Shown here piece after piece: positions 51,700 to 63,914 of a stretch of 64,000 nucleotides of DNA; position 1 is the first letter of the stretch; every line of letters begins with the position of its first letter. The notes under the pieces were generated by a model. It did not search any database, was not told the origin of the DNA, and worked only from the letters and a program-made list of their open reading frames with translations. Made by a program: the position numbers and the translations under genes. This DNA is from Eutreptiella sp. 'Long Island Sound 2002' (lineage: Eukaryota > Protista > Euglenida), in contig OZ038379.1 in NCBI GenBank assembly GCA_964036045.1, forward strand, positions 13,082,001 through 13,146,000. The letters are read 5' to 3'.

Positions 51700-51948
51700 A
51701 CAGGAGCTAGAAAAGCGATGGGCGCATTTGCTGCTTCTGATAATGCCGAGCAATTCAAAGTTGCAATCAAAGTGGCATTTCCTGAGGTTGGTCCCTTTGT
51801 CGATGCCTTCTGGGAGACAGAGCAGCATGAGAGTACCGACAATTGGTCAATTACGTTTCGGACAGCGCTTGCGCAAGAGACCCTAAAAAAGTCTTGGACA
51901 GGCCCAGTCCGAGCATATGACACCAATCGACAAATAGAAGTCTGGTAA
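51700..51948 (+). other. Protein-like fragment with an RRM-like alternation of helices and strands
   Basis: AEQFKVAIKVAFPEVGPFVDAFWETEQHESTDNWSITFRTALAQETLKKSW; pattern only. Confidence 0.25.
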
Positions 51949-54069
51949 CTTGTTATCTTTTGTTAGATGTTGTTGTGTGCCAGCCTTGTGATGCATGCCC
52001 ACTGAATTTAGTTTGACTGCAGCAACCACCAAGAGCTCTAGGCTGCAGTATCGCCTCTAGAAGCAGTGCACGGTAGCTCTCAGTAATGCTATACCGCTGT
52101 CGCTGCCGCCAATACACAATATGGCTGGGGTGCACTGTATGCAGAAGTTTGGTGCAACCTGCAAACAGGAGGCACCTTGGGCTCAGCATTTTTGATTTTG
52201 ATGCATGCACAACACCTGTTTGACATGGTGACCCGGCCGGTTGCCATATATCAAAGTTTCACTCGCTGTTTGCACTCTATCTGGCCCACAAGTCGGAAAA
52301 AGGGGGTGTTTGAGATGACCGGTGAATAGCTGCACACATTAGGACTACATAGATTACATGTGACCAAATGGTTCCAATGGACATCTCTTTGGGTGACGAC
52401 ATCATGTTTTGCCGCCACTGGTTCTAAGGTATTAGCTTTATCTGTCATATTGGCACACAAGAATTGGGTGGGCTCCCTTTTTTGTGCTATGGACTTGTGG
52501 TACAGTTTGCAGCGAATCGGTAATCATATGGAGTGTTCTCAACGGGTAAATCATGAACCGGGCCTATTATTTACTATCCCCCAAAATAAGTTTCTGCCTC
52601 TCCCAGGTGGGGCAGGAGGGAGAGGGGGGGTTGACTTGGTAGGGGTTTACGGTCCAGGCTTCGGGGTAGTTGTCTAGGGTTATCATGGGGCTATCATCGT
52701 CTTTCAAAGAGAAAATGCACATAGCATGGAAAGAACCCCATAGGTCACTGCATACGTTGCACCACAAGATATGACCAAGAAGATAAGGATTTGCATCCAT
52801 CGGACTCTGTGTGGTGTCATGCGCCTTGTGTCACGTGATCCATTAATTTGTTCCCTGTTTTGTTTCCCTATTGGCATGCGGTGTTGTGCCTACCATGCGG
52901 AAAGTCGCTATGCTTGGCTGCTAGGCAGCTCCTGGATATTCGTTGTGCGTGCGTGCCAAACCTGCTTTGTGCGCCCAGTGCTGTGCACAGCCCTCCAACG
53001 GCAGCTTTTACATCCTTGCAGGGGAGTTGATGTCGCATGTGTCTGTGAAGATGCAAAGGTGCCGCAGTTCATTGTGCAGGGCAAGGTCTTCGGCTTGGAC
53101 CCGACCATTCTGTCGGCTGAAGGGGAGTCGTACCTGTCCTCCCTCACCAACTTTGCACATCAATCCATGGTTCAATTGGATTCACAAGCCCATCCCATTG
53201 TGCATTGCACGCCTGCCATATTTGGCATTGTATTCATTGCGTTGAACCATGCACATGTGCAACAGGTGTGCACATCAGCAGCAGCTGTGCTTGATGATTG
53301 CCGCCCTTCCTTTCATATGCCCGAGTCCTTCACCGGTTGACTATGCCACTGCTCAAGTACCACGTCCCTTGCTGAGGTACACGTGTGTGGTGTTGCACCA
53401 ATGGATGTATCTTTGGCGGGGAAAGCAAGCCTTTGGCTGTTTTAGAATGCACTTTGGGGCTGATTTGGGCAAAGAAAAAAAAACAACGCCTGATTTGGGC
53501 CCCAAATTGCGCAGATTTGGGATGGCACCTCCCTACTTGGTGCCTACACCCCGGGCCGCCACTGGTGAGTTTTGGGCTCAACCTTTGGTTCCGGGCAGGC
53601 CATGTTTCAATGTAGAAGATGGCTAGAGTACAATAGAGCGTGATGTGTGGGGATGGAGTAATGGCCAAAATAGAACGGAGAAGTGTTGCTTGTTGCTTGC
53701 TTGTTGTTGCTTGTTGTTAGCTAGGTTTAAGGGGAGAGGGGTGTCGCAATATTACTAGCAAGCAACGGCGTTTCCATTCGGTTTTGGTCACTATTCCTTC
53801 CTAGCGCTTCATGGTATAATTTACTCTAGCCATACTAGAGCCGAGCCGGTGGCCTTGCCCAATCCAAGTTTTGAGCCAAAAAATCCCCGATGCTGGCCTG
53901 AGGCATAGGCACCAAGTGGTGCACTCCTAATTCTTCATCTCCTTATTGGACCAAAAACAGCCAGCTTTTTTCCTTGCCCAAAACATGTTTGCAACCTATT
54001 CGAAATTGACACACGTGGTTGGTATGCTCTACATGCAGCTTGACTTCCTGTGTGAAAGAGCCGTGCGGC

Positions 54070-54930
54070 CCATGGGCCGCCTTCCTTGTGCCGGTGGGCT
54101 GCTGGCTGTGGCTGGTGGCGCCTTACTGCATCATGAAGATTGGCTGCTTGGCTAGGCTGGTTGCGCTGGGTGAGCCTTGCCTTCAGCTGCGGCAGCAGCC
54201 GCGGGAGCAGAAGGAGAAGCAGGAGGAGCCGGAGCGGCTGCGGAAAGAGGTGAAGCAACAAAAAGAGGAGCTATGATAGACTCTGCATTGATCTGGTTGT
54301 GTGAGGTGACCGATGATACTGGCCTAAAAATTGTCCCGTACAGTCTGCATGGAGCTAGTAGTGTCATGGGCGTTGGGCGGCGTGTGGCTTCAATGGTCCA
54401 AGACATACGGGGTTTCCAAGTGACGCCGCCTAGTGGGGCTCGGCTGGTTGAGTGCGGCCTTCGGGCCGCCGCACCTCTGTTGCTGGCGCCCTACTGCAAC
54501 ACAAAGGTTGGCGGCACGGCCAGGCTAATTGCGCTATGTGAGCCTTGCCCTGGGTTGCGGCAGCAGCCACCGAGATTGAAGGAGAGACGAGAGGAGCGGG
54601 AGCGGTTGTGGAAAGAAGGCAAGGAACAACAAGAGGAGCTAAGACAGACTAGGTACTCATCTGTTGGATGAGGTGACTGATGACATTGGCCTGAAGATAG
54701 TCCTGTACAGTCTGCATGGAGCTCGTAGTGTCATGGGCGTTGGGCACTGTGTGGTTTCGAAGGTCCAAAACACACGGCCGTTCCCAGTGGCGCCGCCTAG
54801 TGTGGCTGAGCTGGCTGAGTGCGGCTTGTGGGCCGCCTTCCTCGTTTTGCTGGCGTGCTGGTGGTGGCTGGTGGCGCCGTACTGCAACACGAGGGTTGGC
54901 GCTCCACTAGGCTGGTCGCGAGGTCTGCGA
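54070..54930 (+). repeat. Degenerate tandem repeat of about 360-370 bp (about 2.5 copies)
   Basis: gaggtgac-gatga...cagtctgcatggagct-gtagtgtcatgggcgttggg occurs at about 54303 and 54669; gcgcc-tactgca and gagccttgcc...gcggcagcagcc...aagaggagcta also recur. Confidence 0.85.
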
Positions 54931-55009
54931 GGTCTCAGCCCAGACCAGAGACCCATGGCAAATCCCGTCCGGTGAACAGCGTCCAGTGGCCCGTCCCATT
55001 CTGCGAGGT

Positions 55010-55222
55010 GGCCATTTCGCCCACTTGTGGGCCACTTCTGATTTTGCCCCCCGCTCTGAAGCGGTGGGGCTCCCCGATACGGCAGGGGTGAGGTAGCCAC
55101 TTTGCCCACTTGTGGGCCACTTCTGATTTTGCCCCCCGCTCTGAAGCCGTGGGGCTCCCCGATACGGCAGGGGTGAGGTAGCCACTTTGCCCACTTGTGG
55201 GCCACTTCTGATTTTGCCCCCC
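55010..55222. repeat. 85-bp tandem repeat (2.5 copies)
   Basis: cccacttgtgggccacttctgattttgcccccc occurs at 55020, 55105 and 55190. Confidence 0.95.
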
Positions 55223-55324
55223 AGCGCAACTACAGCAGCGGGTCGGCCTTCCAACGACTACGTGCTTTCATCGTCGGACAAGGTCGCCAGCGAACAAGGA
55301 ACCGTGTGTTGAGAGCACGGAAGG

Positions 55325-56833
55325 TTGCAATTGTGCTGGATGCTGGCGCTCGAAGGGGGGCCAAGAGTGAGCCACTTGCAATTTTTGTGCGCACTCCAAA
55401 GGAAGAAATTTTTGTCGGCCTTGCTGTCATGGTGCGACCCCAAGGGAGGGAGGGGGGGGAAGGGAGTGAAACCGCCGATGATGACCTTGATGCGGAGGGA
55501 GAAGGCCCAGGGCTTGTTCGATGCACTTTCACACCCCCTCTTCAAGTTGACGGCGCCCTTTTTTTGCGATGTTTTTGCTGTGGTTTGTGCCACAAGCAAG
55601 AAAGTTCAAGCGACCAAGGGGGCACGGGTCGCCGCCGTCCACGGTTTGATGAACATGATGTGCACACAGCTGTTGCACACCATGCGTCATGTCATTCCAG
55701 GCGGGTGGGAGGAATCGTTGGGTGTTGACGTAGGGAGTAGCGTCATCAAGGGTAGCCGGATGAAGTTTCTTCGCAGTTTGATTGAGGACGTGCAGACACG
55801 ATTCCAGCGAGCTGAGTGGGATGGTAGTGCTAACCTAGAGGATTGGGTTGAGGCAAGCTCGTGTTCGTGTGAGAGAGTTTTTAGCTACGTGACGGCTACG
55901 GACTTTGGCCAAACCACGGAGCGCATGTGTGAGACGCTGTGGGTAAGGTGCAATGGGGAGGCACCAAAGGATTGGGGGCCCTTTGAGGTTTTTGAGGACC
56001 TTCGCAAGACCCCTTTCCGCCCGCGCAAACGGAAGCAAGGGCATGCGGTTGAGGAGGAAGATGGTGGTTTGCTTGGGTTTGCGGCTTTCAAGGATTTGGC
56101 AGTTTCTTTGGAAGAGGATGGTCAGGCAGAGGCTCCTTTGGACATTCGAGATTTGTGGATTGTCCCCAAGAGGGCGACACGTGACGCCGACATTGGCGAT
56201 GTGTATGGGGTTGAGTTGGAGGGTGAGGACGAAGACAGTGAGGACAAGGATATGGAGCAGGCAAGTGCAGTTGTCAATAGCTCCTCTTCTGACCTTCGTA
56301 ACCCCTCAGCTGTCCCCTCCACCTCTTCTAACCGTGCCGCGCAGTTGGTGTTTCGGTATGATGTGGATGAGGCGTTGTTGAAGGCAATGGAGAGGTAAAG
56401 GTAAAGGTAAGTTGCTCGGGCGATCTCCGAACTCCAGCGTATCAGTGATCCCTACCTGTCCCTCGCAGCATCCCTTCCGGCTCGCGGGGTCACCGACACC
56501 CTAGCGCCTAGGACACTGCGTTCCGCCCCCACCGGGGTTCGAACCGACGCTGCATCCCTTCCGGCTCGCGGGGTCACCGACACCCTAGCGCCTAGGATAT
56601 TGCGTTTGGCCTCCACCGGGATTCGAACCGAGCACCTTTAGTTCAGGCGTCACGTGCATGACCGCTGAACTACGAGACCTTCGTTGAAGGCAATGGAGAG
56701 GGGGAGGTTGCATGAGTGGACTAAGGTTGAGTTTAAGGCCATTTGTAGGAAGCATGGTTTGAGTGTGGGCGGGGGGAAGGGTGAGCTTATGGAGCGTGTC
56801 AGGGTGCACTTCCAGAGGTTGTACCAGCAGTAG
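55325..56833 (+). pseudogene. ORF of about 400 aa with a C-terminal SAP domain, interrupted by a SINE
   Basis: Removing 56396-56701 restores LLKAMERGRLHEWTKVEFKAICRKHGLSVGGGKGELMERVRVHF, which fits the SAP pattern. Confidence 0.75.
56396..56682 (-). mobile_element. tRNA-derived SINE with 19-bp TSD, internal 84-bp duplication and (CCTTTA)n tail
   Basis: TSD gttgaaggcaatggagagg at 56377-56395 and 56683-56701. The head at 56607-56679 has A box TAGTTCAGCGG and B box GGTTCGAATCC. Confidence 0.92.
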
Positions 56834-57349
56834 GGAGTTTGTTTTTAGCTGTGCCACCGGCGATGGAACATTCGGGTGGTCAAACGCTGCATCACTGTAT
56901 TTGATCAGAAAAAGTATTGCTCTTGTTCATGTTGAATTGTGCAGGGTGTGGGGTAGGGTTCTGATTCTATCATGCAACACGTGTGGGGCTAGGATCATAT
57001 GGCTGTGTGCTGAGACCAATTTGGGGCTAGGGACTCATGGTTGAACAGTTGGGAACACCGGGGTGAAGACATGTACTGTCCGCGGGCTCTTTTGAAATTA
57101 CCTGGTTCTGGACGGACTTTTTTTTTTGCGTTAAGGACAGCCCTGGTCCAGGGCCCCGTAAAGAAACAACAATGAGACGGAATGTGACACAGGGGGGAGG
57201 CAGACGGAATGTCACAGGGGGGGGTGGGGGGGCTCTAAAGATCCCTTATTGGTTGTACGGAACGTATGCTTGCTAGAGGCAAACATGGGTTTCATGTCAT
57301 GCATACTTTATTCCCTACTCAGATTTGTTTTTAATATTCTCCCAAGGGC

Positions 57350-58330
57350 CGTTTGGTTGGCAGTTTTCAACTCTGGTTTGTCAATATGTGTTGGGATTTA
57401 TTCTTGAGTCTATCAAATTGGACTCCGTTATAGTTTTGCCATATATAGATGATCTTTTTGGTGGTTGGTTGTGGCAAGAATCGTGTGTGTAAGGCCGCCG
57501 CGACTTTGTGTATCGCTGTGCGTGAGGCAGGCACTGGTATAAGTATCAAGAGTATACTGGAGCCAGTACCAGAAATTCTATGGCTTGGTAAACTCCTGGT
57601 GTTCTCGGGCCCTAATGCTGGAGATTTTCCGAAAGGTCAGGGTTGGACTTCCTTGGTCGGCCCCTGGATCCAGGCAGCAGCTTTGCCCCTCACAAAAAAG
57701 CATGCGAGGCGTATCCTCGGGAGGTATGTTTGGGCCCTGTGACCTTCTGCGGGATACACTCCTTTTCTGTTGGGGTGGTGGGCCCATTGCCAGTGGGGCG
57801 AGAACTAGTTATAGAGCTACCCCCTCTCGCTCCTTACTAGCTTGTTACCCTGCCTCATTTTGTCTCTCATAGGTTGGTCTCCGCAACCCCTGATACCTTT
57901 GTCTATGTACATGTGTGGCGGGGGAATTTTATTCGCTGATTCTACTCACGACGTGAACCGATTTAAGGTAGGGTTTTGGGGCACAATTTTGGGCAGGAGA
58001 GTGTTTCATTGTTCCCCCTTCGTGAAGAAACAACAAGAGGCTGAGTTGGAGGCTATAGTGAGAGGGGTGCGCCCGTGCATCAACGTGGGCCGGCTTGTTT
58101 GGCGCCTCATTGGAGATAATCACTCTGCGCTCAGCCAGGTGGCGGCCATGAGGGCGGGGGAAGGTCTCAAACGCCAAAACAGGCACTTCCGTAGACTTTT
58201 TTTACCTCGTGCAGCACCTTGAGGCCTCTATTTATAAGGAATTTGTCCTCAACCCCGCAGATTGTCTGTCCCGAGTTGACTCAGATTGGCATAGATTTTT
58301 TGCCTTTGCTTCCCAATGGGCATAGGTGCG
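57350..58330 (+). pseudogene. DIRS-like (tyrosine-recombinase retrotransposon type) RT/RNase H remnant
   Basis: PFGWQFS...LPYIDD, WLGK, then RNase H motifs LFADS, QQEAELEAI, LIGDNHSAL and NPADCLSR, across stops and frameshifts. No recombinase ORF was seen. Confidence 0.75.
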
Positions 58331-60491
58331 GTATAAAGCCCTGGAGGCTTATCCTGATTTGCCTTCCCTGGTTTGGGTGCTAGGGTTTCCCAAAGGATGG
58401 CGCGGTGCAGCGGCCAATCTTTGGGTTTCTTCACTGGGCTTAGCGGAACAATCACACCCGGTGCTTCATACTGACTGATTTGCAGTGCGCGGGCCCCGAG
58501 TCAGGCCCTTATTCTTGTCTTTTAGACAGCGAATACTTTGTGTGCCTGGTGGGACATACCCGATTGGGCGGAGAGCAAGAAAAACAGTGTCGGTGATCGT
58601 AATATGCCTAAATGCTCTTATTTTGCTTTGTGATTGAAACAATGTGTTTTGTGGTTGCCGGAGGCGCCGGAGATTTTATTTTTGGCATACGGCAGGGGGC
58701 AATTTTTTTGCTTGACCCTATGTGTCTATACTCGAAATACTCAGATTTTTGTGGAGAATTCAAAAATGGACGAAAAACATCAAAAAGGATTTTGACCCGA
58801 CCCAACCTCCGGGTTGGACCTTGGCTGATGGGAGCCTAAGTTGATGAGCAAATTTTCTTGAAAAAAAATTTTACCCCAGTTGTGTGTATTCAAAATGATT
58901 AGCACGTCATGGGGATCATTTTCAGGTATGTATGTTGGGGTACCCACCGGGAGCCCGGCGGCTAACCGCCCGACCCGCCAACCCCCTAGGTTTTGGGTCA
59001 ACCAAGGGGGTGGGGGTCCTGTCCCCTCCTACAACCCCCCAAACGGTTGCACACCCCTCGGGGTCACACATTGGCTGGCGGCAGCCCCCGTGCACTCACC
59101 ATGGTATATATCCAGGTATCTGGAGATTCGCATTGTGCGGTGTGCATGAATGAACAACACCCAACTGCTACTAGGATCACAGGCGTTTCAGTCAGTGCAG
59201 TCACAACCCCTATAGTCGATTGGCTGGGAGCCAAGGCTGCGTCTGTGTCGCATCAAAGACCAGTTCTCTACCTCCGGCACACTGCACACCGCACTTTCCC
59301 GCGCTTCACACCACTAGGCACATTGCTTCCTTAGGGGGAATGTTTGTTGGGCGTGCTACCTTTGTATTAAGTATCTTATCTCTAGCCCCAAGTTTATCCT
59401 CACCTTGGGAAGTCCCCCAAGTAGACCGCACTAGACCGCAAACCTTCCCCGCAAGGCACCTTGCATAAGCCAAAATATGAGGATTCAACAACACCAAATG
59501 TCACTCACGCCACTTCCAACCACCACCCCATCGCGATCGTCATAAACTGGGTGCAAGGGATGGGCCAAATTCTTGGACACGGCGAGAAGGTACTCCAAAT
59601 TGTTTGGTGAGGTGGGGGCAAAAACAGGCACGGGTGGGGAATGGTAAAAAAAAGATGCCTAGTGCGTGCCCGGCGCGCTAATGCACCCCTTGTAGGCTCA
59701 ATGGTGGGTTTTGATGGACTGAATTTACCTGCCATAGACATTGTCATCAATTCGTTCTCACGGGGCAAGGGAATCGCATGTGTCCCCCCGACCAGATTTT
59801 TCAAACATCCCCCATTTCCGGCAATTGGGTTACTGTTCTTGGTGGTCAACAAAGAGGGAAAATGGGAGGAATCCGCACTGTGTGTTACGCTCGCTACCAC
59901 AGTGTCCTGTCGGACAATCGTAGCAGTGGACAGATCTGAAGTTTGATTCCCAGAGTTGCATATAGGGGTGCACACAGCGGGAAGGAGGCAATTTGGCGAC
60001 ATAACCCCTACCATATCCGGGACGAGCAGATGTTATGAGACCATTTCCTTGTTCTACCTTTTGACTCTCCCAGGCATGCCCCAACTTGTACCCGAGCATC
60101 TAGGGGTGCATCAGTTCCCTTGCGTCGGAATATTGAAGTATCATCTCTGTGCTGGCGACAGGTGCAACATGCACCCAGAATGCAGCAAATCCAATCACAT
60201 GTGTTTTGCAAACTTTCGTGCAGCGGCAACCACTGCCCTAGCCTCATGCCTTTTGTGCAGTCGGAACCACAGCCCCAACCAAACCCCTTTTGTACAGCGA
60301 CAACTGTGTTCCTCAGCACCTCCTTTTGTGCAACTACAGCCGTAGCAGGGTTTGATGATGGCCCGGTTGGTGTGGATGCAGTGATATGGCCATAGAATGC
60401 ACTGCCATATATTTCTGAATGCAACCGTGTGTTCGCATGGAGTTTTGCGTGGGGCCCTCAAATCTGGCATAACTCATTGCCATGGAATCAG

Positions 60492-60617
60492 GTCTTTGTC
60501 CCTTGCTCTCTTAATATGGCAGACACGAGTGCTCCTCACGCGGTTGTTGATAATGTTGTTGCTGATGGACCTGACACCATGCATCTTCTAGCCATGAATG
60601 CGGGTTACCAGGCTCAA
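60492..60617 (+). CDS. Possible host exon
   Basis: The open frame ...MADTSAPHAVVDNVVADGPDTMHLLAMNAGYQAQ ends at CAA|GTATGT; the acceptor is weak. Confidence 0.3.
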
Positions 60618-62416
60618 GTATGTTTCATTTTGCTTGGTTTGCATGCCCCTTGCCCACTTTTGGGCACATTCTGGCTTTCAGCTTCCAGCTCTACATTCAG
60701 CCCAAGTTTGAATTTTGCCCCAAATTTGATTGTGAGCCCTAGAATTCTGATTTTAGCCCTCAACATACCAACGCTTTGAAATCCTGAACAACCCTAAACA
60801 GCCGTGAATAGCCCTCCTCAAACCCGATGGACGTCCAAATACTACTCCACAAGCCTCAACAATACTAAATAAGCCTCCACAACCCTCAGCGATTAGACCA
60901 GCACCGATCTTCTGCCCAGATACCACCTTCGTTCGCTGAGATACAACCAAGATGGATCCAACCAAGGTGATAAGGATCCGCGGGCCCAACGTGTGCAATA
61001 TTTCAAGTCCAAGTCTCGTGGATCAGCCAGCAAGTGGGCGAGGCCCGCTCCCGTTCCCAAGCCCAATCTCAGTCCCATTGCCAGTCCAAGTCTCGTCGAG
61101 GCCTAACAAACAAAAGCATTTGGGGCATGCTTACGGCGGCAAAAGTGCTTCCCATAACCTTGAGAGGTGAACGTACGCTCAAGGTCCACACAACGCAAAC
61201 AGCCGCCGATGCCAAGAGACAGGTTGGCAACCGAGCGCCGCTCGACCACATGTGTAATGAACAGGCTTGGGGGCTGTTGCCGTTCTTGTCATGCTGGAGC
61301 TATCTCTTCTGCACAGGTTTGCTCCCTTTGCCATGCCAAGGCATGGTGTTTGTGAATATTGATTTTGCATGTGTGAGGCATCATGTAGGGCAAAAATTTG
61401 TGATAATGATTTTGACGGGAGAAAACTACATGACACAATTTGTAGTGTAACGAGCCCCCCCCCCCCCCCCCTGCAAGTGAGAATCCTGGATGGATAGCGG
61501 GGCTGTTGCATGTTTGATGAGGGGAAAACGTTCACAAGGGACTGTGGCACGCTGAATCCCCTCTGTGCCAAATGTGGTTGGCTTTGTCCAGAACCTTGTC
61601 TTGTTTTGTTGTGCCAACGAGGTTCAGGTGGATTGGCATTGTAGGGGGGCGAAGTAGAAAGTGCAAGTTACGAAGCACAACAGGACTCAGAAACCGAAAT
61701 GGAGCACTGCTACGTAAGAGTCCTCATGCCACCGGATGCCCTCAGTCCCCACTCCCTTCACTTTCCAGGGCACTAAATTTTCCCTTGTCTTTATTCACCC
61801 ACAACATACCATGTTTGCATATGGCCCTTTTTCAGGCCTTGCTACTCCAAATAGTAGCCCAAAGCTCGTGCCAACAGCCCCACCAGATGTCCGAATTTAC
61901 ACTCCCTTCCACACCTGCATCTCGGTCCTCCCTCCCTCACACGGCACGCTGCTCAGAAGGTTGATGTCAAGAGGCATTCTATACAGCAAGGAGAGCGTGG
62001 ATGGCGGGAAGGACTCAAGAGGGGAGCGATGGGGAGTTTTATGAGGCTCCATGAGGTACCAGAAGGACACCGCAGTGGGCATACGGGTCTGGCAAAGCAT
62101 GTCCAGACACGGATTGGCGGACCTGCATTGGGATTGGCAGTAGGCCGGGACATGCATGGACATGCACTGGCATACACGATTTTTACTCTTGACATGCCTG
62201 GAAAAAATGGATTTGTGAGCACATGGTTGTCACTCTTGGATAGCTTGATGCTGACCCATAATTGTTCACTTGCGTGTGCCTTAGGGTGATCTAGCAGTGG
62301 CATTGTGTCTAGTAAGTCAGTTCTAAGCATGTCTCCCAAGTAGGGTGCTGGAGAAACTCCCTGCTTGAACAGAGCCCTGTTGAGCACTTTGAAAGCTCTT
62401 GTCATGATGTGCTCAG

Positions 62417-62524
62417 ATGCAATACAAAGATGCTCAGATGCAAAGCATGCAAGTGAAGATCAATGGGTTGGAAAAGCAGATTACCGAGTTGAAGCGAAAA
62501 TCAGCAAAATCATCAGATTCCGAG
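62417..62524 (+). CDS. Probable host exon encoding a coiled coil
   Basis: CTCAG|...MQSMQVKINGLEKQITELKRKSAKSSDSE|GTATGT; 108 nt, phase 0. Confidence 0.55.
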
Positions 62525-63356
62525 GTATGTACTAGAAGGACAAATCTTTGGGTTGCTGGAATGTGCACTGCATGGTGGGTGTGGACAACCGTAAGGAAAA
62601 GGAGGAAGAGCAACAGAGAAGTTTACACAGCTCCATGAGGTACCAGAACGACACCAAAGTGTGTATGGGGGGCGGTGTCTGCCTGGGCCTTTGGATAATG
62701 AAATGACGATTATGAAATTCCTTTTTGTCTCTTTTGATAAGGGGCAAATTCGAGTGCCACATGCGAGCGCCAAAGGGGTACAAAATGTCCAAAAATGCAG
62801 TCAATTTTTTCCTCAAAAGCCTCCGTTGCTTACTTTCCCACTCCCTCTCCCCGCCCCCTGCCGCTGGTCCACTCTCTCTTTGCCGTGCTAGATGCCTCTC
62901 GACTTTGAAATGCGTTAGGACCAACAAAAATTTTGACCCCAACCATATACATCTCCTTGTTTGTTGTATTCTGGTGCTTGATTTGGCGGGTCTCTTGGCG
63001 GGGAGTAGTTTGTAAGGAATGGGCTATGCAGAGTCCTGTGAAAGCGCTTGTGGGAAAGACGCCCTGTCAATGCATGCTAGGGCGCCATCTTATGTTGAGG
63101 GCATCCATTCGACCATTTTGGTTGTTATGAAATCAAATCAAATCAAATCAAAAAATCTTGCATCTCATCTTTCGAAATGTTGACACTTCTTGACAGACTT
63201 TAAAATCAGGTTACCTCAAATTATTGCACTTCCTCAGCTCCTTGCACGGTTTCCGGATGGGATTGAGTTGTCATTGGGGAACGAGGATTCTTTGCCATGA
63301 TATCCCTTGCAACCTAATTTGCCAACCTAATTTGCACTCTGTGTTTTCTGTCTCAG

Positions 63357-63914
63357 GTTCCTTCGCAACGGCAAAAAGCTCGTAAGACACCGGAGGGTTT
63401 CAGATGGACATGTGTGTTGGTGCCTAAGGATTTTGACAACACTCAAGGCAATAATGGAGAAAATAGTAGCGAGGGTTGTAGCGGTGGCACTAGTGCTGGC
63501 AGTGGCAGTGGCAGTGGCAGTGGGGGTGCAGACAATAGTGCTAGTTGTGGCACCGGCGTCAGTGATAGTGGCCGTGCAAACAACAGTAGCAATACTGGGG
63601 GTAATCGCCAAGACAACAACAGTGGCTGTGATATTGGCAACAACATTGGCAATGCGGATCGTCACAATGTTCCCCACGCCCATGATGTATGGGCACCGAG
63701 TATTGATATTAACAGTTTGTATTCTCTCCCCGAGGCATCTAGTGAACCCCAGGTTGGTAAAACGATGCCAAGGAGTTACACGGCACCAAGAATGGAGCCA
63801 TTTTCCCGTCATCAGCCGGCATTTTTCAATGAGTCAACACCGGTTTACATGGACACAGATAGGTGGGATCCAAATGCATCTTCGTGCAAGCAGCCGGCAT
63901 TTTTCTTCAGCAGC
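63357..63914 (+). CDS. Probable host exon with Gly/Ser/Asn-rich low complexity
   Basis: A pyrimidine tract, CTAA motifs and TCTCAG| precede it. It is open in phase 0, compatible with the 62417-62524 exon. A candidate donor AGC|GTAGGT is at 63915. Confidence 0.5.

Noticed and set aside
52800-53400. Minus-strand frame with TGA stops (CQIWQACNAQWDGL) as a LINE C-terminus
   Set aside because: No zinc finger or other anchor motif; the resemblance is too weak.
56607-56679. Functional tRNA gene
   Set aside because: The acceptor, D and anticodon stems do not pair properly, and it sits inside a TSD-flanked insertion.
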